Source of the DNA: Pseudomonadota bacterium | GTDB lineage: Bacteria > Bdellovibrionota_B > Oligoflexia > Oligoflexales > CAIYRB01 | NCBI GenBank assembly: GCA_031416315.1 | Contig: JANOTL010000192.1 | Span: 1-64,000 of the forward strand | Reading direction: 5' to 3' | DNA: 64,000 nucleotides | Shown here: positions 1-11,036 of the stretch, piece by piece | Numbering within the stretch: the stretch's first letter is position 1 | How the letters are laid out: each line of letters starts with the position of its first letter | Program-made: the position numbers and the translations under genes | The notes under the pieces: model-generated | What the model was told of the DNA's origin: nothing | The model's database searches: none | The model's input: only the letters and a program-made list of their open reading frames with translations

Positions 1-1485
1 GACACCGCGCCCCTGAAATTCGGCGCGGCCGCCCTTCTGGCGGCCGCAGGCTTTTTCGCCATCGGCTGCGAGAAGAAGCCGGAGCCCGGCTTTCTCTTCG
101 TCGAGGCGCCCGGACCAGGCACGTACGAGATCTATCGCACGGCGAACGAGGCGCCTTTGCAGTTCGTCTCCGAGCAGTCGGGAACGTTCGGCGAGAACGT
201 CGCCCTGGTGCCGGGGAGCTATCTCGTCCTCGCCGATTGCTCCAGCGAGTCGGTGATCATTCGCCCGGGAGAGCGGGAGCGCCTCGTCGTCCACCGGCTG
301 GAATTCGTGCCGCCGCATCCGGCGACGGCGAACGACAGCTTCTCGATCCAATGCAGTCGGTCCGACAAGACGCGCTCGCGCCAGCATCTCTCCGGGCGAT
401 ATGCGCTCAACGTCTTCCACGGCAAACGCGATCTGCTCGTCGGCATGGTGCCGATGCACGTCGACTTCGAGGCACGGACCGACACGGAGACGCCGCTCGT
501 CGTGCAGCACAAGCTCGCGGCCGTGCAGGTCGCGGACTACGCAGACGGGCGCGACGACGTCTCGTATTTCGTGTCGCCGGTCGCGGAGCTGGTGTCCGTC
601 ACGAAGTATCAGCGCTTCGGCTCGTGGGAGTTCCTGCTTCCGGGGAAATATGCGCTCGAGGTCAACGGCACGCGCATGGAGGTCGAGCTTGAAGAAGGCA
701 TGCAGCGCGTCGTGAAACCTGCCCTTCTGCGCGTCACGACCTCGCCCTCTGTCGATCTCGAGCAGCCGGCGCGAATCATGGGGAGTCCTTGGCTCGTCGA
801 GATCAACGCGGGGCATTGGCTCAACTTCAACGAGACGTATCCTTTGCTTCCTGGTCCGGCGACGGTGGGAATCAGCGACAGCTCGCAGCTGATCTCGATC
901 GCGCCGGAGGAAGGGCAAATCGTTGAGCTGGTCGCGCGCAGCGTGACGGTGACGCTCGGCTGCGCGGCGGCGGATTTGAGCTGCCTCGGCGAAAAAGACG
1001 TGACCATCTCACGCGCCGGCGAGACCTTCCCGTTCGTCGAGAGCATCAGCGACATCCCGATCCTCTTCATCGACGAGGGGGCGCCGGTCTTCGTCGGCGT
1101 CGGCGGCTCGCGAGACGTCGCGTTCGAAGTTCCCGCGAGCGTGCGCGACAAGACGCTCAACGTCGGATACGCGCACATCGTGCCTCAGCCGCAGCACCGT
1201 CCAGGCCAGGTGACGGAGTTCATTCGAGTCGATGCCGCGGGAGCGCCGTTGATTGGGCACACGCTCGACGTGAATCTGGAGAAGGCGACGCTGATGCCTC
1301 TGATCGTCGGAAGCTACAACTTCACGCACTTCGTCAGTGGCGCTTCCGACAGCAGCGACCGCAGGAACCTCGGTCAGAGCTTCCGGATCGACGCGGGAAA
1401 GACGGTCGAGCTCGAATTTCCCGTGTATTTCACGGAAAAACGCTACGCGGCGTTCAAGAAGCGGCCGGACCAGAAGGGCGGCTGA
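1..1485 (+). CDS. Lipoprotein of unknown function, 5' end outside the window
   Basis: Frame 1 is open from base 1 (DTAPLKFGAAALLAAAGFFAIGC-EKK), giving a hydrophobic stretch and lipobox-like AIGC, and runs into the 442-aa track ORF. Confidence 0.7.
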   Translation, partial: DTAPLKFGAAALLAAAGFFAIGCEKKPEPGFLFVEAPGPGTYEIYRTANEAPLQFVSEQSGTFGENVALVPGSYLVLADCSSESVIIRPGERERLVVHRLEFVPPHPATANDSFSIQCSRSDKTRSRQHLSGRYALNVFHGKRDLLVGMVPMHVDFEARTDTETPLVVQHKLAAVQVADYADGRDDVSYFVSPVAELVSVTKYQRFGSWEFLLPGKYALEVNGTRMEVELEEGMQRVVKPALLRVTTSPSVDLEQPARIMGSPWLVEINAGHWLNFNETYPLLPGPATVGISDSSQLISIAPEEGQIVELVARSVTVTLGCAAADLSCLGEKDVTISRAGETFPFVESISDIPILFIDEGAPVFVGVGGSRDVAFEVPASVRDKTLNVGYAHIVPQPQHRPGQVTEFIRVDAAGAPLIGHTLDVNLEKATLMPLIVGSYNFTHFVSGASDSSDRRNLGQSFRIDAGKTVELEFPVYFTEKRYAAFKKRPDQKGG

Positions 1486-1504
1486 GCGGCGCGTCTCGAG
1501 GCGG

Positions 1505-1650
1505 TTATGCACATCCCTTTTTGGGGGATGTGGATAAGCCTTTGCGCGCGGGGTCGAGCAGACGGCAAAAAATTCACAAAGGCTAAATGTTTTCCTGTTG
1601 ATAGCTTCCACAGCGAAAAACCGACACACAACATGTAGCGTTGTGGATAA
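1505..1650. promoter_or_regulatory. Cluster of DnaA boxes
   Basis: TTATGCACA 1505-1513, TGTGGATAA 1529-1537 and TGTGGATAA 1642-1650 match TTWTNCACA. Weaker 2-mismatch boxes at 1570-1578, 1596-1604 and 1604-1612. Confidence 0.7.
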
Positions 1651-1673
1651 GTTGTGGACGCCATATTTTGTGT
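1626..1673. promoter_or_regulatory. Tandem NrdR boxes
   Basis: ACACAACATGTAGCGT (1626-1641) and ACGCCATATTTTGTGT (1658-1673) resemble acaCwAtATaTwGtgt, are 32 bp apart start to start and lie upstream of an RNR gene. Confidence 0.8.
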
Positions 1674-1681
1674 GCCGAGTG

Positions 1682-1711
1682 TTGACTTCGCTTTTCGACG
1701 CTGCGTACCAT
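1682..1711 (+). promoter_or_regulatory. Candidate sigma70 promoter of nrdJ
   Basis: TTGACT-18 nt-TACCAT just downstream of NrdR box 2. Confidence 0.45.
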
Positions 1712-1809
1712 CTTCTCTGGCAGGCAATCACACCACATCGCGATTCCCGGGCAATAACAGCGTCTTTGGCGCCGTGGTGGTCTTTTTTGTCAAAAATGGG
1801 AGGTCGGAG

Positions 1810-4800
1810 ATGAAGTTCGGTCGACGGTTCACCAAGACCAAGGGTCATCCCTACGAGGGCCTGAAGTTCGTGGAGAGGACGTCGGAGCTGAAGCACTCCG
1901 ACGGACGCGCGGCAAGCCAGTCCCTGGCGGTCACGGTGCCCGAGAGCTGGAGCCAGGTCGCGACCGACATCATGGCTCAGAAGTACCTGCGTCGCGCCGG
2001 CATCCCCGGCGTGGAGCGGGAGACCGACTCGCGTCAGGTCTTCCACCGACTCGCAGGCTGCTGGACCGACTGGGCGCGCCGCCACGGCTACTTCGACGGC
2101 GAAGAGGACGCGGCCGCGTTCTATGACGAGACCTGCTACATGCTTGCCCGCCAGATGTCGGCGCCCAACAGCCCGCAGTGGTTCAACACCGGCCTCTACT
2201 ACGCGTACGGGATCAAGGGAAAGGGGCAGGGGCACTTCTACGTCGATCCGGAGACGGGAGAGATGCGGCGGTCGACCAGTGCCTACGAGCGGCCACAGCC
2301 GTCGGCGTGCTTCATTCAATCCGTTCAAGATGATCTCGTCGGCGACGGCGGCATCATGGACCTCTGGGTCCGTGAAGCACGCTTGTTCAAATACGGGAGC
2401 GGCACGGGCACGAACTTCTCGTCGATCCGCGGATCCGGAGAAAAGCTCGAAGGCGGCGGGTACTCGTCGGGGCTGATGTCCTTCCTGAAGATCGGCGACC
2501 GCGCAGCGGGGGCGATCAAGAGCGGCGGGACGACGCGACGCGCGGCGAAGATGGTTTGCCTGGATCTAGATCATCCCGACATCTTCGAGTTCGTGAATTG
2601 GAAGTCGCAGGAAGAGCAGAAAGTCGTCGCGCTCGTCGCTGGGTCGAAGGCGATGGACGAGCACTGCAAGGCGATCGTCGCGGCGTGTGCGGCCGGCACC
2701 GACCCGCGGCAGAACGCGGTCTTGAAGGAAGCGATCCGGCTGGCGCGCAAGGCGCATCTGCCGCTCAATTTCGTCCAAAGGATCATCGATTTGGCCAAGC
2801 AGGGCCACACCGACATCAAGGTCGACGTCTTCGATACGGACTGGAACTCGGCTGCATACCTGACGGTCTCTGGACAGAACTCGAACAACTCGATCCGCGT
2901 CACGAACGAGTTCATGGACGCCGTCGCCGCGGACGGCCCATGGGAGCTGAAGAATCGCACGAACGGGGCGGTCGCGAGGACGGTCAAAGCGCGGGAGCTT
3001 TGGGACGACGTCGTCACCGCCGCGTGGCAATGTGCCGATCCGGGCGTGCAATTTGATTCGACCATCAATGAATGGCATACGTGTCCGGCGGATGGGCGGA
3101 TCAATGCGTCGAACCCTTGCGTCACGGGCGATACCTTGGTCGCGACATCACGGGGAGCCGTCAGGATCGACGCGCTTCTCGAGGAGCCGTTCGAGGTCCT
3201 GGGATCCGACGGAGCCTTGCATTCGGTCAAGCCGGCGTTTCAGACCGGGATCAAACCCGTATATCGGCTCACGACGAAAGCCGGCTACGAGTTGAAACTG
3301 ACCGCAGACCATCTCGTTTGGACGGCGAATCGGGGCGACGTTCCGGCGCATCAGCTGACGCAGGACGATCGAATCGTACTATCGAAGCCGCCGTTTGGAC
3401 CGACCGAGCTCGACGAAGGCATTGCCGAGTTCCTCGGCCTGATGCTCGGTGACGGCTGCTTGATGGGCGACCAGCAGAACGCGATGTTGACGCTGGCGCC
3501 CTCTGAGAGGGCCGTGGCCGACCGGGTCGCAGCAAGTCTGCAAGCTTTCAAGGCAGACCATGCCGCGGATGGGCGTGGGGCACGGCAATCGACCGTCAAC
3601 CAGCCCCAGCAGACTCTTCGGATCGGAACCTCTTCCCGCTGTGTCGTCGATCTGATTTCGCTGTACGCGGTTCTTGACTCCGGAAGCGAGAACAAAGCTT
3701 TCAACGAGGCCGCGTTCCGGCTGAATCGCGAAGCGACCACGGCGGTGCTTCGGGGTTTGTTCACAGCTGACGGTACGATCGCGAACTATGGGGAAAAGTC
3801 GCAGTACGTCGCGCTCGACAGCTGTTCGATCCGCCTTCTGCAGCAGACTCAGCTTCTCCTCCTCTCTTACGGAATCAAGAGCAAGATCTATCGGAATCGA
3901 CGGGCCGCGCACCAGACCGTGGCGATGCTCCCCGACGGCAAGGGCGGCGTCAAAGAATACCCAGTTCAGCAAATGCATTCGCTAAGAATCAGCCGGAGCT
4001 CACGTGTCATTTTCGAGCAGGAGATCGGCTTCATCGCTGGGAGCGACAAGAATCGCCAACTGCAAGAACTCAATCTAGCCGTCACCGCATACCTCGACCG
4101 CCTCGATGATTCCGTGCAATCGCTGGAATACATCGGCGACCGTCCCGTCTTCGACTTGACCGAGCCACAGACGCACCACTTCGTCGCCAACGGCATGGTC
4201 ATCCACAACTGCAGTGAATATCTCTTCCTCGACGACACCGCCTGCAACCTCGCATCGCTCAATTTGCTGCAATTCTTCGAAGACGGCGAGTTCAAGGTCG
4301 AGGCCTTCCGGCACGCATGCCGCATATGGACGGTGATCCTCGACATCTCGATCCAGATGGCCCAGTTTCCGAGCGCCGCGATCGCACAGGGAAGCTGGGA
4401 TTTTCGGACGATCGGGCTCGGCTACGCGAACGTCGGCGCCTTGTTGATGCGCATGGGGATGCCTTACGGCTCGCCGGAGGCATTGGCCTTCACCGGCGCC
4501 GTGACCTCGATCATGTGCGGCGAGGCCTACCGCACGAGCGCGGAGATGGCGCATGAGCTAGGCACCTTCCCGGGTTACGCGAAGAACCGGGAGTCGATGC
4601 TCCGGGTGCTGCGGAACCACCGCCGTGCAGCGTTTGCCGCACCGGATGCCGAATACGAAGGTCTGACGGTAAAGCCGATGCCTCTCGACCACAAGCGCTG
4701 CGAGCCCGGACTGGCGGCGGTGTCGGAGGCGGTGTGGGACGAGGCGCTCGCGCTCGGCCAGAAGTACGGCTACCGGAACGCGCAAGTGACCGTGATCGCG

Positions 4801-6411
4801 CCGACTGGGACGATCGGCCTCTTGATGGACTGCGATACGACGGGGATCGAGCCGGACTTCGCGCTCGTGAAGTTCAAGAAGCTCGCCGGCGGCGGCTACT
4901 TCAAGATCATAAACCAGTCGGTGCCTCCTGCACTGGAGAAGCTGGGCTACGCGCAAGATCAGATCGAGGCGATCGTTCGCTTCTGCACGGGCAATGGGAC
5001 ACTGAAGAATGCGCCGCACGTAAACCACGAGACTTTGCGCGCGAAAGGCTTCCCGGACCGCCTGCTGGAGACGATCGAAAAGGAGCTGAAGCAGGCCTTC
5101 GACATCTCGTTCGTGTTCACGAAGTGGGTCCTGGGCGAGGACTTCTGCGTCGAGACCCTTGGGATCGCGCGCGGTGAGCTCGACCAGGTGGAATGTAATA
5201 TTTTGAAATTACTTGGTTTTTCGGCGGATCAGATCGAAGCCGCGAACGAGTTCGTCTGCGGCACCATGACGGTCGAGGGGGCTCCCTTCCTCAAGGCCGA
5301 GCATCTGCCGGTCTTCGACTGCGCAAACAAGTGCGGACGCAAGGGCACGCGCTACATCGGCGTCGACAAGCACATTCGGATGATGGCAGCGGCGCAGCCG
5401 TTCATCTCGGGCGCGATCAGCAAGACGATCAACATGCCTTACGAAGCCTCGGTCGAAGACATCGCCGCGTGCTACCGCGATTCCTGGCGGGCGATGATCA
5501 AGGCGAACGCGCTTTACCGGGACGGGTCGAAGCTCAGCCAGCCCTTGAACGCCGTGGCGCACGAGTGGGAACAGATCCTCGAGCACGAGCCTGACCGCGT
5601 CGAGCAGGTGAAGAAGATCGCAGCGATCGCGGCGCGCGAGTACGTACGGGCACGCAAACCGCTTCCGAGCAGGCGCAGCGGCTACACGCAGAAGGCGAAG
5701 ATCAGCGGGCACACGATCTATGTACGTACCGGGAACTACGAAGATGGCTCGCTCGGCGAGATCTTCCTCGACATCAATAAAGAAGGGACCCTGCTCCGGA
5801 GCATGATGAACTGCTTCGCGATCTCGGTGAGCCTGGGACTGCAGTACGGCGTGCCGCTCGACGAATTCGTCGACGTGTTCACGTTCGCGCGCTTCGAGCC
5901 GAACGGCCTGGTGACCGGCCACGACAATATCAAGCGCGCGACCTCGATCATCGACCTCGTGTTCCGGGACCTGGCGCTGAACTACTTGGGGCGTCACGAT
6001 TTGGTGCACGTGGCGCCGGAAGAGGTGAACGAGGGCGGCGGCGGAAAGGGGCGGTCGGGAGCGATGGCCTCGACGCCGGTCTTCGAGGAGCCCGATCACG
6101 AGGAACGACTCTTGGCGCGCGACCGCGAGGAGAGCACCACCTTCATCACGCCGCGACCTTTGACGGGTGAAGCCTTTTTCTCGGCCGACGGGCTCGCGAG
6201 TCCTGGAAACGGACACGGGCAGGGGCCGAAACAGGCGCCGGCTTACGCGTTCACGGAGAAAGCTTTCGACCGGTTCGCCGTGAAGTATGCCGAGGCTAAA
6301 ATGAAGGGGTACGAGGGCGATCCGTGTCCCGACTGCGGGGCGATGACGCTCGTGCGCAACGGCTCATGCCTTAAATGCAATACCTGTGGGAACACCACCG
6401 GCTGTAGCTGA
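1810..6411 (+). CDS. nrdJ: Vitamin B12-dependent (class II) ribonucleotide reductase, intein-containing, with C-terminal TSCPD-like domain and Zn ribbon
   Basis: [73 protein letters not shown]. Start taken as ATG 1810 after GGAG. Confidence 0.96.
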   Translation: MKFGRRFTKTKGHPYEGLKFVERTSELKHSDGRAASQSLAVTVPESWSQVATDIMAQKYLRRAGIPGVERETDSRQVFHRLAGCWTDWARRHGYFDGEEDAAAFYDETCYMLARQMSAPNSPQWFNTGLYYAYGIKGKGQGHFYVDPETGEMRRSTSAYERPQPSACFIQSVQDDLVGDGGIMDLWVREARLFKYGSGTGTNFSSIRGSGEKLEGGGYSSGLMSFLKIGDRAAGAIKSGGTTRRAAKMVCLDLDHPDIFEFVNWKSQEEQKVVALVAGSKAMDEHCKAIVAACAAGTDPRQNAVLKEAIRLARKAHLPLNFVQRIIDLAKQGHTDIKVDVFDTDWNSAAYLTVSGQNSNNSIRVTNEFMDAVAADGPWELKNRTNGAVARTVKARELWDDVVTAAWQCADPGVQFDSTINEWHTCPADGRINASNPCVTGDTLVATSRGAVRIDALLEEPFEVLGSDGALHSVKPAFQTGIKPVYRLTTKAGYELKLTADHLVWTANRGDVPAHQLTQDDRIVLSKPPFGPTELDEGIAEFLGLMLGDGCLMGDQQNAMLTLAPSERAVADRVAASLQAFKADHAADGRGARQSTVNQPQQTLRIGTSSRCVVDLISLYAVLDSGSENKAFNEAAFRLNREATTAVLRGLFTADGTIANYGEKSQYVALDSCSIRLLQQTQLLLLSYGIKSKIYRNRRAAHQTVAMLPDGKGGVKEYPVQQMHSLRISRSSRVIFEQEIGFIAGSDKNRQLQELNLAVTAYLDRLDDSVQSLEYIGDRPVFDLTEPQTHHFVANGMVIHNCSEYLFLDDTACNLASLNLLQFFEDGEFKVEAFRHACRIWTVILDISIQMAQFPSAAIAQGSWDFRTIGLGYANVGALLMRMGMPYGSPEALAFTGAVTSIMCGEAYRTSAEMAHELGTFPGYAKNRESMLRVLRNHRRAAFAAPDAEYEGLTVKPMPLDHKRCEPGLAAVSEAVWDEALALGQKYGYRNAQVTVIAPTGTIGLLMDCDTTGIEPDFALVKFKKLAGGGYFKIINQSVPPALEKLGYAQDQIEAIVRFCTGNGTLKNAPHVNHETLRAKGFPDRLLETIEKELKQAFDISFVFTKWVLGEDFCVETLGIARGELDQVECNILKLLGFSADQIEAANEFVCGTMTVEGAPFLKAEHLPVFDCANKCGRKGTRYIGVDKHIRMMAAAQPFISGAISKTINMPYEASVEDIAACYRDSWRAMIKANALYRDGSKLSQPLNAVAHEWEQILEHEPDRVEQVKKIAAIAAREYVRARKPLPSRRSGYTQKAKISGHTIYVRTGNYEDGSLGEIFLDINKEGTLLRSMMNCFAISVSLGLQYGVPLDEFVDVFTFARFEPNGLVTGHDNIKRATSIIDLVFRDLALNYLGRHDLVHVAPEEVNEGGGGKGRSGAMASTPVFEEPDHEERLLARDREESTTFITPRPLTGEAFFSADGLASPGNGHGQGPKQAPAYAFTEKAFDRFAVKYAEAKMKGYEGDPCPDCGAMTLVRNGSCLKCNTCGNTTGCS
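3118..4209 (+). mobile_element. Intein (364 aa) with LAGLIDADG homing endonuclease inside nrdJ
   Basis: Starts CVTGDTLV, has block B LTADH, motifs FLGLMLGDG and LRGLFTADG, and ends [10 protein letters not shown] before Cys. It splits the NPCSEY motif. Confidence 0.95.
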
Positions 6412-6536
6412 GTTCAGATCGGTTTCTGCGCCCATCTCGAGACGGTCCGGCCGGACATTCCCGCGCTGGCTGGGCCGCGCTCTGCCCATTTCCTACCACT
6501 TCCATTTCCGCGTGCGCACGGCCCTTCACCCCGCGT

Positions 6537-6577
6537 CCCGCCTCGGCAGCAATGCCGGGGCGGGCGCCCGCCTTTTT
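6537..6577 (+). terminator. Hairpin terminator between convergent nrdJ and recN
   Basis: CCCGCCTCGGCA-GCAA-TGCCGGGGCGGG stem, with TTTTT at 6573-6577. Confidence 0.55.
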
Positions 6578-6581
6578 GCGG

Positions 6582-8447
6582 TCAGATGCGGGCGGAGGTC
6601 GAGCGGCCGGGCGCTTTCTTCGGCGGGACGACCGCGGGTTTCACCGTCGGCTTCGCCGAGACCGTCGCCTCTTGCCGAGCGACGGAGGCTTTTTGGATGA
6701 GTTGTCTCGCGTTCGCCAGCCCGGAAGCCGTCACCTCGGAGCCGGACAGAAGGCGCGCGACCTCTTCCTCGCGCTCTTTCGGCGAGAGCTTGGTGATCGT
6801 CGACTCGGTGCGCTCGCCCTTGCCGTGCTTGGCGACGACGAAGTGCGTCTCGGCGAAAGCCGCGACCTGGGCCAGGTGCGAGATGCAGATCACCTGGAAA
6901 TCGGTCGAGAGCTCCTGCATCTTGCGGCCGACGACGTCGGCAACGCGACCGGATATGCCCGTGTCGATCTCGTCGAAAACGAGGATGCAGGTGTCCGCGC
7001 CGGCTGCGAGGCCCTTTTTCAGGGCGAGCATGATGCGCGAGACTTCGCCGCCGGAGGCAATCTTGTGCAAGGGGAGCATGGCTTCACCCGGGTTTGCCTG
7101 GAGCAGGAACTGTCCGCGCTCGGCGCCGGACTCGGTGAGGCCCGAGAGCTTATCCGCGAGCTCTCCCCACGAGGCGGCGATGGCGGGACCAAAGAGCGCA
7201 ACGTCGATCGCAGGAACGGCGCGCGAGGCCGGAATCAGCTCGAGGTCCATCGCAGCGCCCACCATGGCTAGCTCGTGCAGCTCGCCCTCGATGCGCTTTT
7301 TTACGATCTTCCAGGCGTCGCGGCGCGCGGTCGAAAGCGAGGTGCCCAGCGCTTCGAGCGTCTCGACTTTCGAGGAGATCGAGATGATGCGGTCTTGGAC
7401 CTCGACGGCGGCCGAGTGGACGAACTGGAGCTCGCGGCGAAGGCGCTCGTGCTCCGCGACGAGCTGGTCGATGTCGGAAGCGGCGAGCTTCCGGAAGAGC
7501 TCCTGATAACCGGCGAGGCGTTCCTGCGCACCTTCGAGGTCGCCTTCGTCGATCTCCATGCCGGACATCGCGCGGCCGACGCCGAAGCTGAGGTCGTCGA
7601 TGCGGCTGGCGAGCTCGTGAGCTTGATCGGCGAGGAGCTTGAAGTCAGGGGCGACGCTTTCGAGCTTCGACAAGATTTTGCCGGCCTCCCAAAGTGGAGT
7701 GCTGACTGGCTCGCCGCCCGCGCCCTGGTCGACGAGCTTCTGCGCGTTCTCGAGGGCGGAGACGACCGCCATCACGTTGCCGGCTTTGCGGCAGAGTGCC
7801 TGGATTTCTTCGTAGTTTTCGCGGGTGGGAGAGAATTTCTCCAACTCGTCGCAGCGGAAGGCGAGGTAGTCGGCGTCGCGGCGCTTGGTGCGGACGTCGT
7901 CAATCATCGCGGCGAGCTCGCTCGTCGAGGCGAGGACCTCGCGGTACTTCTCCGCATAAACGCGCGGGAGCGAGCGGTCGCGGAGGAACTGATCGAGGTA
8001 GTGCACGTGCATCGCGGGATCGAGGATCTTCAGGTTGTCGTGCTGGCCGAAGACGTCGATCAGGGTGGAGGCCAAGTCCTTCAAGGCTTGCACTGTGACC
8101 GGGATGTCGTTGATCCAGGCGAGGGAGCGGCCCTTGGCGTTGACGGTGCGACGGATGATCACGGGGAAGGAGTCACCGTCGACTTCCATCGGGACACCGA
8201 GCTCCGTCAGGACCGCGGTCGAGCGATGACTCGCCGGGACCTCGAAAAGGCCGCTGACGGTGGCTGCCTCGCGGCCGCGGCGCACGGTCTCGGCTGCGGC
8301 TTTGGCGCCGAGGAGCAGGCCTAGGGCCTTGATCAGGATCGACTTGCCGGCCCCCGTCTCGCCGGTGATGACGTTGAAGCCCTCGGAGAACGAGATCTCC
8401 AAAGAATCAATAATGGCCAGACCCTGGATGCCGATTTGCGTGAGCAT
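6582..8447 (-). CDS. recN: DNA repair protein RecN
   Basis: ITGETGAGKS Walker A, FGQHD, ASGGEVSR signature, FDEIDTGISG, ISHLAQVAA. Confidence 0.95.
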   Translation of the reverse strand: MLTQIGIQGLAIIDSLEISFSEGFNVITGETGAGKSILIKALGLLLGAKAAAETVRRGREAATVSGLFEVPASHRSTAVLTELGVPMEVDGDSFPVIIRRTVNAKGRSLAWINDIPVTVQALKDLASTLIDVFGQHDNLKILDPAMHVHYLDQFLRDRSLPRVYAEKYREVLASTSELAAMIDDVRTKRRDADYLAFRCDELEKFSPTRENYEEIQALCRKAGNVMAVVSALENAQKLVDQGAGGEPVSTPLWEAGKILSKLESVAPDFKLLADQAHELASRIDDLSFGVGRAMSGMEIDEGDLEGAQERLAGYQELFRKLAASDIDQLVAEHERLRRELQFVHSAAVEVQDRIISISSKVETLEALGTSLSTARRDAWKIVKKRIEGELHELAMVGAAMDLELIPASRAVPAIDVALFGPAIAASWGELADKLSGLTESGAERGQFLLQANPGEAMLPLHKIASGGEVSRIMLALKKGLAAGADTCILVFDEIDTGISGRVADVVGRKMQELSTDFQVICISHLAQVAAFAETHFVVAKHGKGERTESTITKLSPKEREEEVARLLSGSEVTASGLANARQLIQKASVARQEATVSAKPTVKPAVVPPKKAPGRSTSARI

Positions 8448-8514
8448 GTGGGGGTGTCTCCTGCCTCGAAAGTAACCTGGGCTTCGAGGCACGAGCCAGG
8501 GACATTTACGGGGC

Positions 8515-8865
8515 TCAGCCGCGGCGCGGAGTCGTAGGACGCGCTTTGGACTGCGAGCGCGCGGCGGCCCGGGATTGCGGCTTCTTCGCAGGGGCTCCCT
8601 CGGGCGCTTCGGCTTCGGTCGCGGCAGGACGAGGGGCCGGAGTGCGGCCTTCGCCCTTGAGATTCTTCTCGAGACGAAGGAGGCGGATGATCAGCTCGCT
8701 CTCACGGCGCTTGTCGTCGACGTCGGGCACGAGGCCTTCAGTCGCGATCACCTTCTTGTATTCTTTGATCTCCTGCAGACGCCGGCGCACCGACGCGATC
8801 TGCGAGGTCAGGGCATTGGTGACGGGATCGACGCGCGGGCCGGTTTTGCGTTTGAACGGTTTCAT
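8515..8865 (-). CDS. Hypothetical basic, coiled-coil-like protein
   Basis: MKPFKRK start overlaps the upstream stop (ATGA). Confidence 0.6.
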   Translation of the reverse strand: MKPFKRKTGPRVDPVTNALTSQIASVRRRLQEIKEYKKVIATEGLVPDVDDKRRESELIIRLLRLEKNLKGEGRTPAPRPAATEAEAPEGAPAKKPQSRAAARSQSKARPTTPRRG

Positions 8866-9134
8866 GGGTACATCGCCTCGTAGAGCTTCTTCGCTGCTTT
8901 CAAGAAGGCGGCGCGACCCATCTTCTTCGCCCCGAAAGGGACCTCGATCTTCTGCCAGCTCGTGCCCACTTTGCAATCTGCCCAGCGCTGGCCGTCTTTC
9001 TCATGGAAGTGCAGGAAAGGCTTCGACTTTACGTAGAAGACGCCCTGGCTCATCTCGACGATGTTCGGCCATGCGCGGATCCCGTCGAGCTCGAGCTCGA
9101 GGTCGGTCAGCTTGTCGTACGGGCAGTGCGCCAT
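8862..9134 (-). CDS. Small hypothetical protein (FYVKSKPFLHFH)
   Basis: Globular-looking composition; coupled to the next gene. Confidence 0.65.
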   Translation of the reverse strand: MAHCPYDKLTDLELELDGIRAWPNIVEMSQGVFYVKSKPFLHFHEKDGQRWADCKVGTSWQKIEVPFGAKKMGRAAFLKAAKKLYEAMYP

Positions 9135-9187
9135 GGTCCGCGGGTTGTCGCATACCCGCAGCCGCAAAAGCAAGCTGGGAGCGGGTT

Positions 9188-9841
9188 TCAAAGCCTCAGT
9201 CGGCGCACGGCCAGGGCCCGCAGCTCATGATCTGGCGCGGCAGCGAGGCTGGCGAGCGTCGGCAGATCGAAGAAGGCGGCGACATCGCCGATGATTTCGC
9301 CCTCTGCCCAGGCCCCGACGTAGGCCCGAAGCTTGGCTTCGACGGAGACGGCGCCTGCGGCGCGCTCGGTCTGGATCACGTCGAGAAGCGAGGTCGGATG
9401 GAACTTCGCGGCGATGGGGCCGAAGGAGAGCTCGATCTCGGGGTTGGCCGCTTTGGCCATGCCGGTCGTATCGAAGGCCATGAACTTCGCCATGTTCTCG
9501 GTGCCGACGGCAAACTCGGCGTGCTCGAGGCCGGCTGCGGTGGGTTTCGAGGGCTTCGGTGCGGGGAGCTCGACGAGGCGGATCTCGCGGTTCTCGTAGC
9601 GTAGAGGCTCGCGCAGATAGTAGGTCGCAATGGGGCGGCCGTTGACGTCGGCCTCCGTCAAAAGGCGCCCCAGGGTCTCGAGCTCGCGTTTCTTCGCGGC
9701 GTAGGTGTCCAGGGTATCGGCGCGATAGCAAACGTGGTCGAGCTCGTACGGGGCGACGTCGACCCGCGCCTCGGCGAGGAGGGCGAACAGCCGGGAGAGA
9801 AAGCCCCGCCAGTCGCCGAGAGCGAACGTTGCGTCACTCAC
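9188..9841 (-). CDS. VOC/YecM-like metalloprotein
   Basis: ELDHVCYR, VNGRPIA, LVELPAPK, GLEHAEF, AKFH. GTG start at 9841. Confidence 0.8.
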   Translation of the reverse strand: MSDATFALGDWRGFLSRLFALLAEARVDVAPYELDHVCYRADTLDTYAAKKRELETLGRLLTEADVNGRPIATYYLREPLRYENREIRLVELPAPKPSKPTAAGLEHAEFAVGTENMAKFMAFDTTGMAKAANPEIELSFGPIAAKFHPTSLLDVIQTERAAGAVSVEAKLRAYVGAWAEGEIIGDVAAFFDLPTLASLAAAPDHELRALAVRRLRL

Positions 9842-10172
9842 TCTCCAAGGCCTCGTGCGGCAGCCAGCCGGTTTCGCCGGTTCCCGTGCGGCACCAGGAC
9901 CAACCCGAGACGTCCTCGAGAACTTCGACCGCCTCGCCCTGGGCGACGGAGAGCTCGATTGCAGCATAGCTGCGCAGAAGGACGCCCTGGTCGCCCGAGA
10001 CGGCGAGAAAGGCCTCCGGAACCCAGCCGATGCGGCCATCGGGATGGGTGCACGAGATCCACCCCGGCCATTCGTCGTCCCGCGCTCCGAGCGCGACGCG
10101 ATCCCCCGCGACGGCGCGAATCGGATCGTCATAATAGCGTTTGTACGCTTTACTCGTGCGGCGTTTGGTCAT
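9834..10172 (-). CDS. Tandem SH3-domain protein
   Basis: WPGWISC..GRIGWVPE and GWSWCRT..GETGWLP repeats. Confidence 0.8.
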   Translation of the reverse strand: MTKRRTSKAYKRYYDDPIRAVAGDRVALGARDDEWPGWISCTHPDGRIGWVPEAFLAVSGDQGVLLRSYAAIELSVAQGEAVEVLEDVSGWSWCRTGTGETGWLPHEALESE

Positions 10173-10206
10173 GCGAAATTTATATCTCAACTCGCCGAGG
10201 TCCGGA

Positions 10207-10900
10207 ATGCCGGAGCTTCCGGATGTCACAGTTTACGTCGAGTGCCTCGAAAGAAGAGTCCTCCGGGCCACCCTGAGGACCGTGCGGCTTTCGAGCCCGT
10301 TTCTGTTGAGGACGGCGGAGCCGCCGCTGAGCTCAACATTCGGGCGGAAGGTGTGAAGCCGCGCTCGCCGCATTCGATCGCGGCGGCGTCGAACCGCTGG
10401 CATGCGACCTTGCGCAGTTCACGGCGACGATGCGCTGCGAGAGTCACACGCTGAAGCGTACGTTGACGGATCCAACTTTGTTCAGCGGCATCGGGAACGC
10501 GTACTCCGACGAGATCCTTCATCGCGCGAAGTTGTCTCCGGTCCTGCTCACCGGGAAACTCTCCGACGAAAGTCTGGCGCGGCTCTTCGCCGCGACGCAT
10601 AGCGTCCTTCTGGAGTGGACGAAGATCTTGCGCGACGAGACGGGCGACGGCTGGCCGACCAAGGTCACGGCCTTCCGCGAAGGCATGGCCGTCCACGGGA
10701 AGTTTGGCCAGCCTTGCCCCGATTGCGGCGCCCCGGTTCAGCGCATCGCCTACGCCGACAGCGAGACCAATTACTGCGCAACCTGCCAGACTGACGGGAA
10801 ATTGTTTTCCGACCGCTCCCTGTCGAAGTTGATGCGGGGCGACTGGCCGAAGACGCTCGCCGAGCTCGAGGACCGCAAGAAAAGATTGACGAATCTTTAG
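10207..10900 (+). pseudogene. Fpg/Nei-family DNA glycosylase with internal deletion and frameshift
   Basis: MPELPDV start ends at TGA 10354-10356. A different frame resumes with GGVEPL..SGIGNAYSDEILH (H2TH) and a CPDC..YCATCQ zinc finger. Confidence 0.85.
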
Positions 10901-10953
10901 AATCAATTAGAACTTTAAAATTAAATTGACGTTTTAATAGAAAAGTATATATT
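10900..10953 (+). promoter_or_regulatory. AT-rich sigma70-like promoter with UP-like tract
   Basis: TTGACG (10926-10931)-16 nt-TATATT (10948-10953) after an AT-rich run. Confidence 0.5.
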
Positions 10954-11036
10954 CCGCCCATTCCCCTAGCGGAAAACCCTCCCAGTGCTTCTCCCGTCGA
11001 TCAGATTCTTGCCTTCCCCCACCTTCTGGAGCCTTC

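Noticed and set aside
1654..1809. 52-aa N-terminal extension of NrdJ in the ORF track, or a cobalamin riboswitch
   Set aside because: The region holds operator and promoter elements, ATG 1810 has an SD, and no B12-box was recognised.
1490..1810. Definitive oriC call
   Set aside because: No dnaA, dnaN or gidA nearby and no clear unwinding element; kept only as an alternative in the findings.
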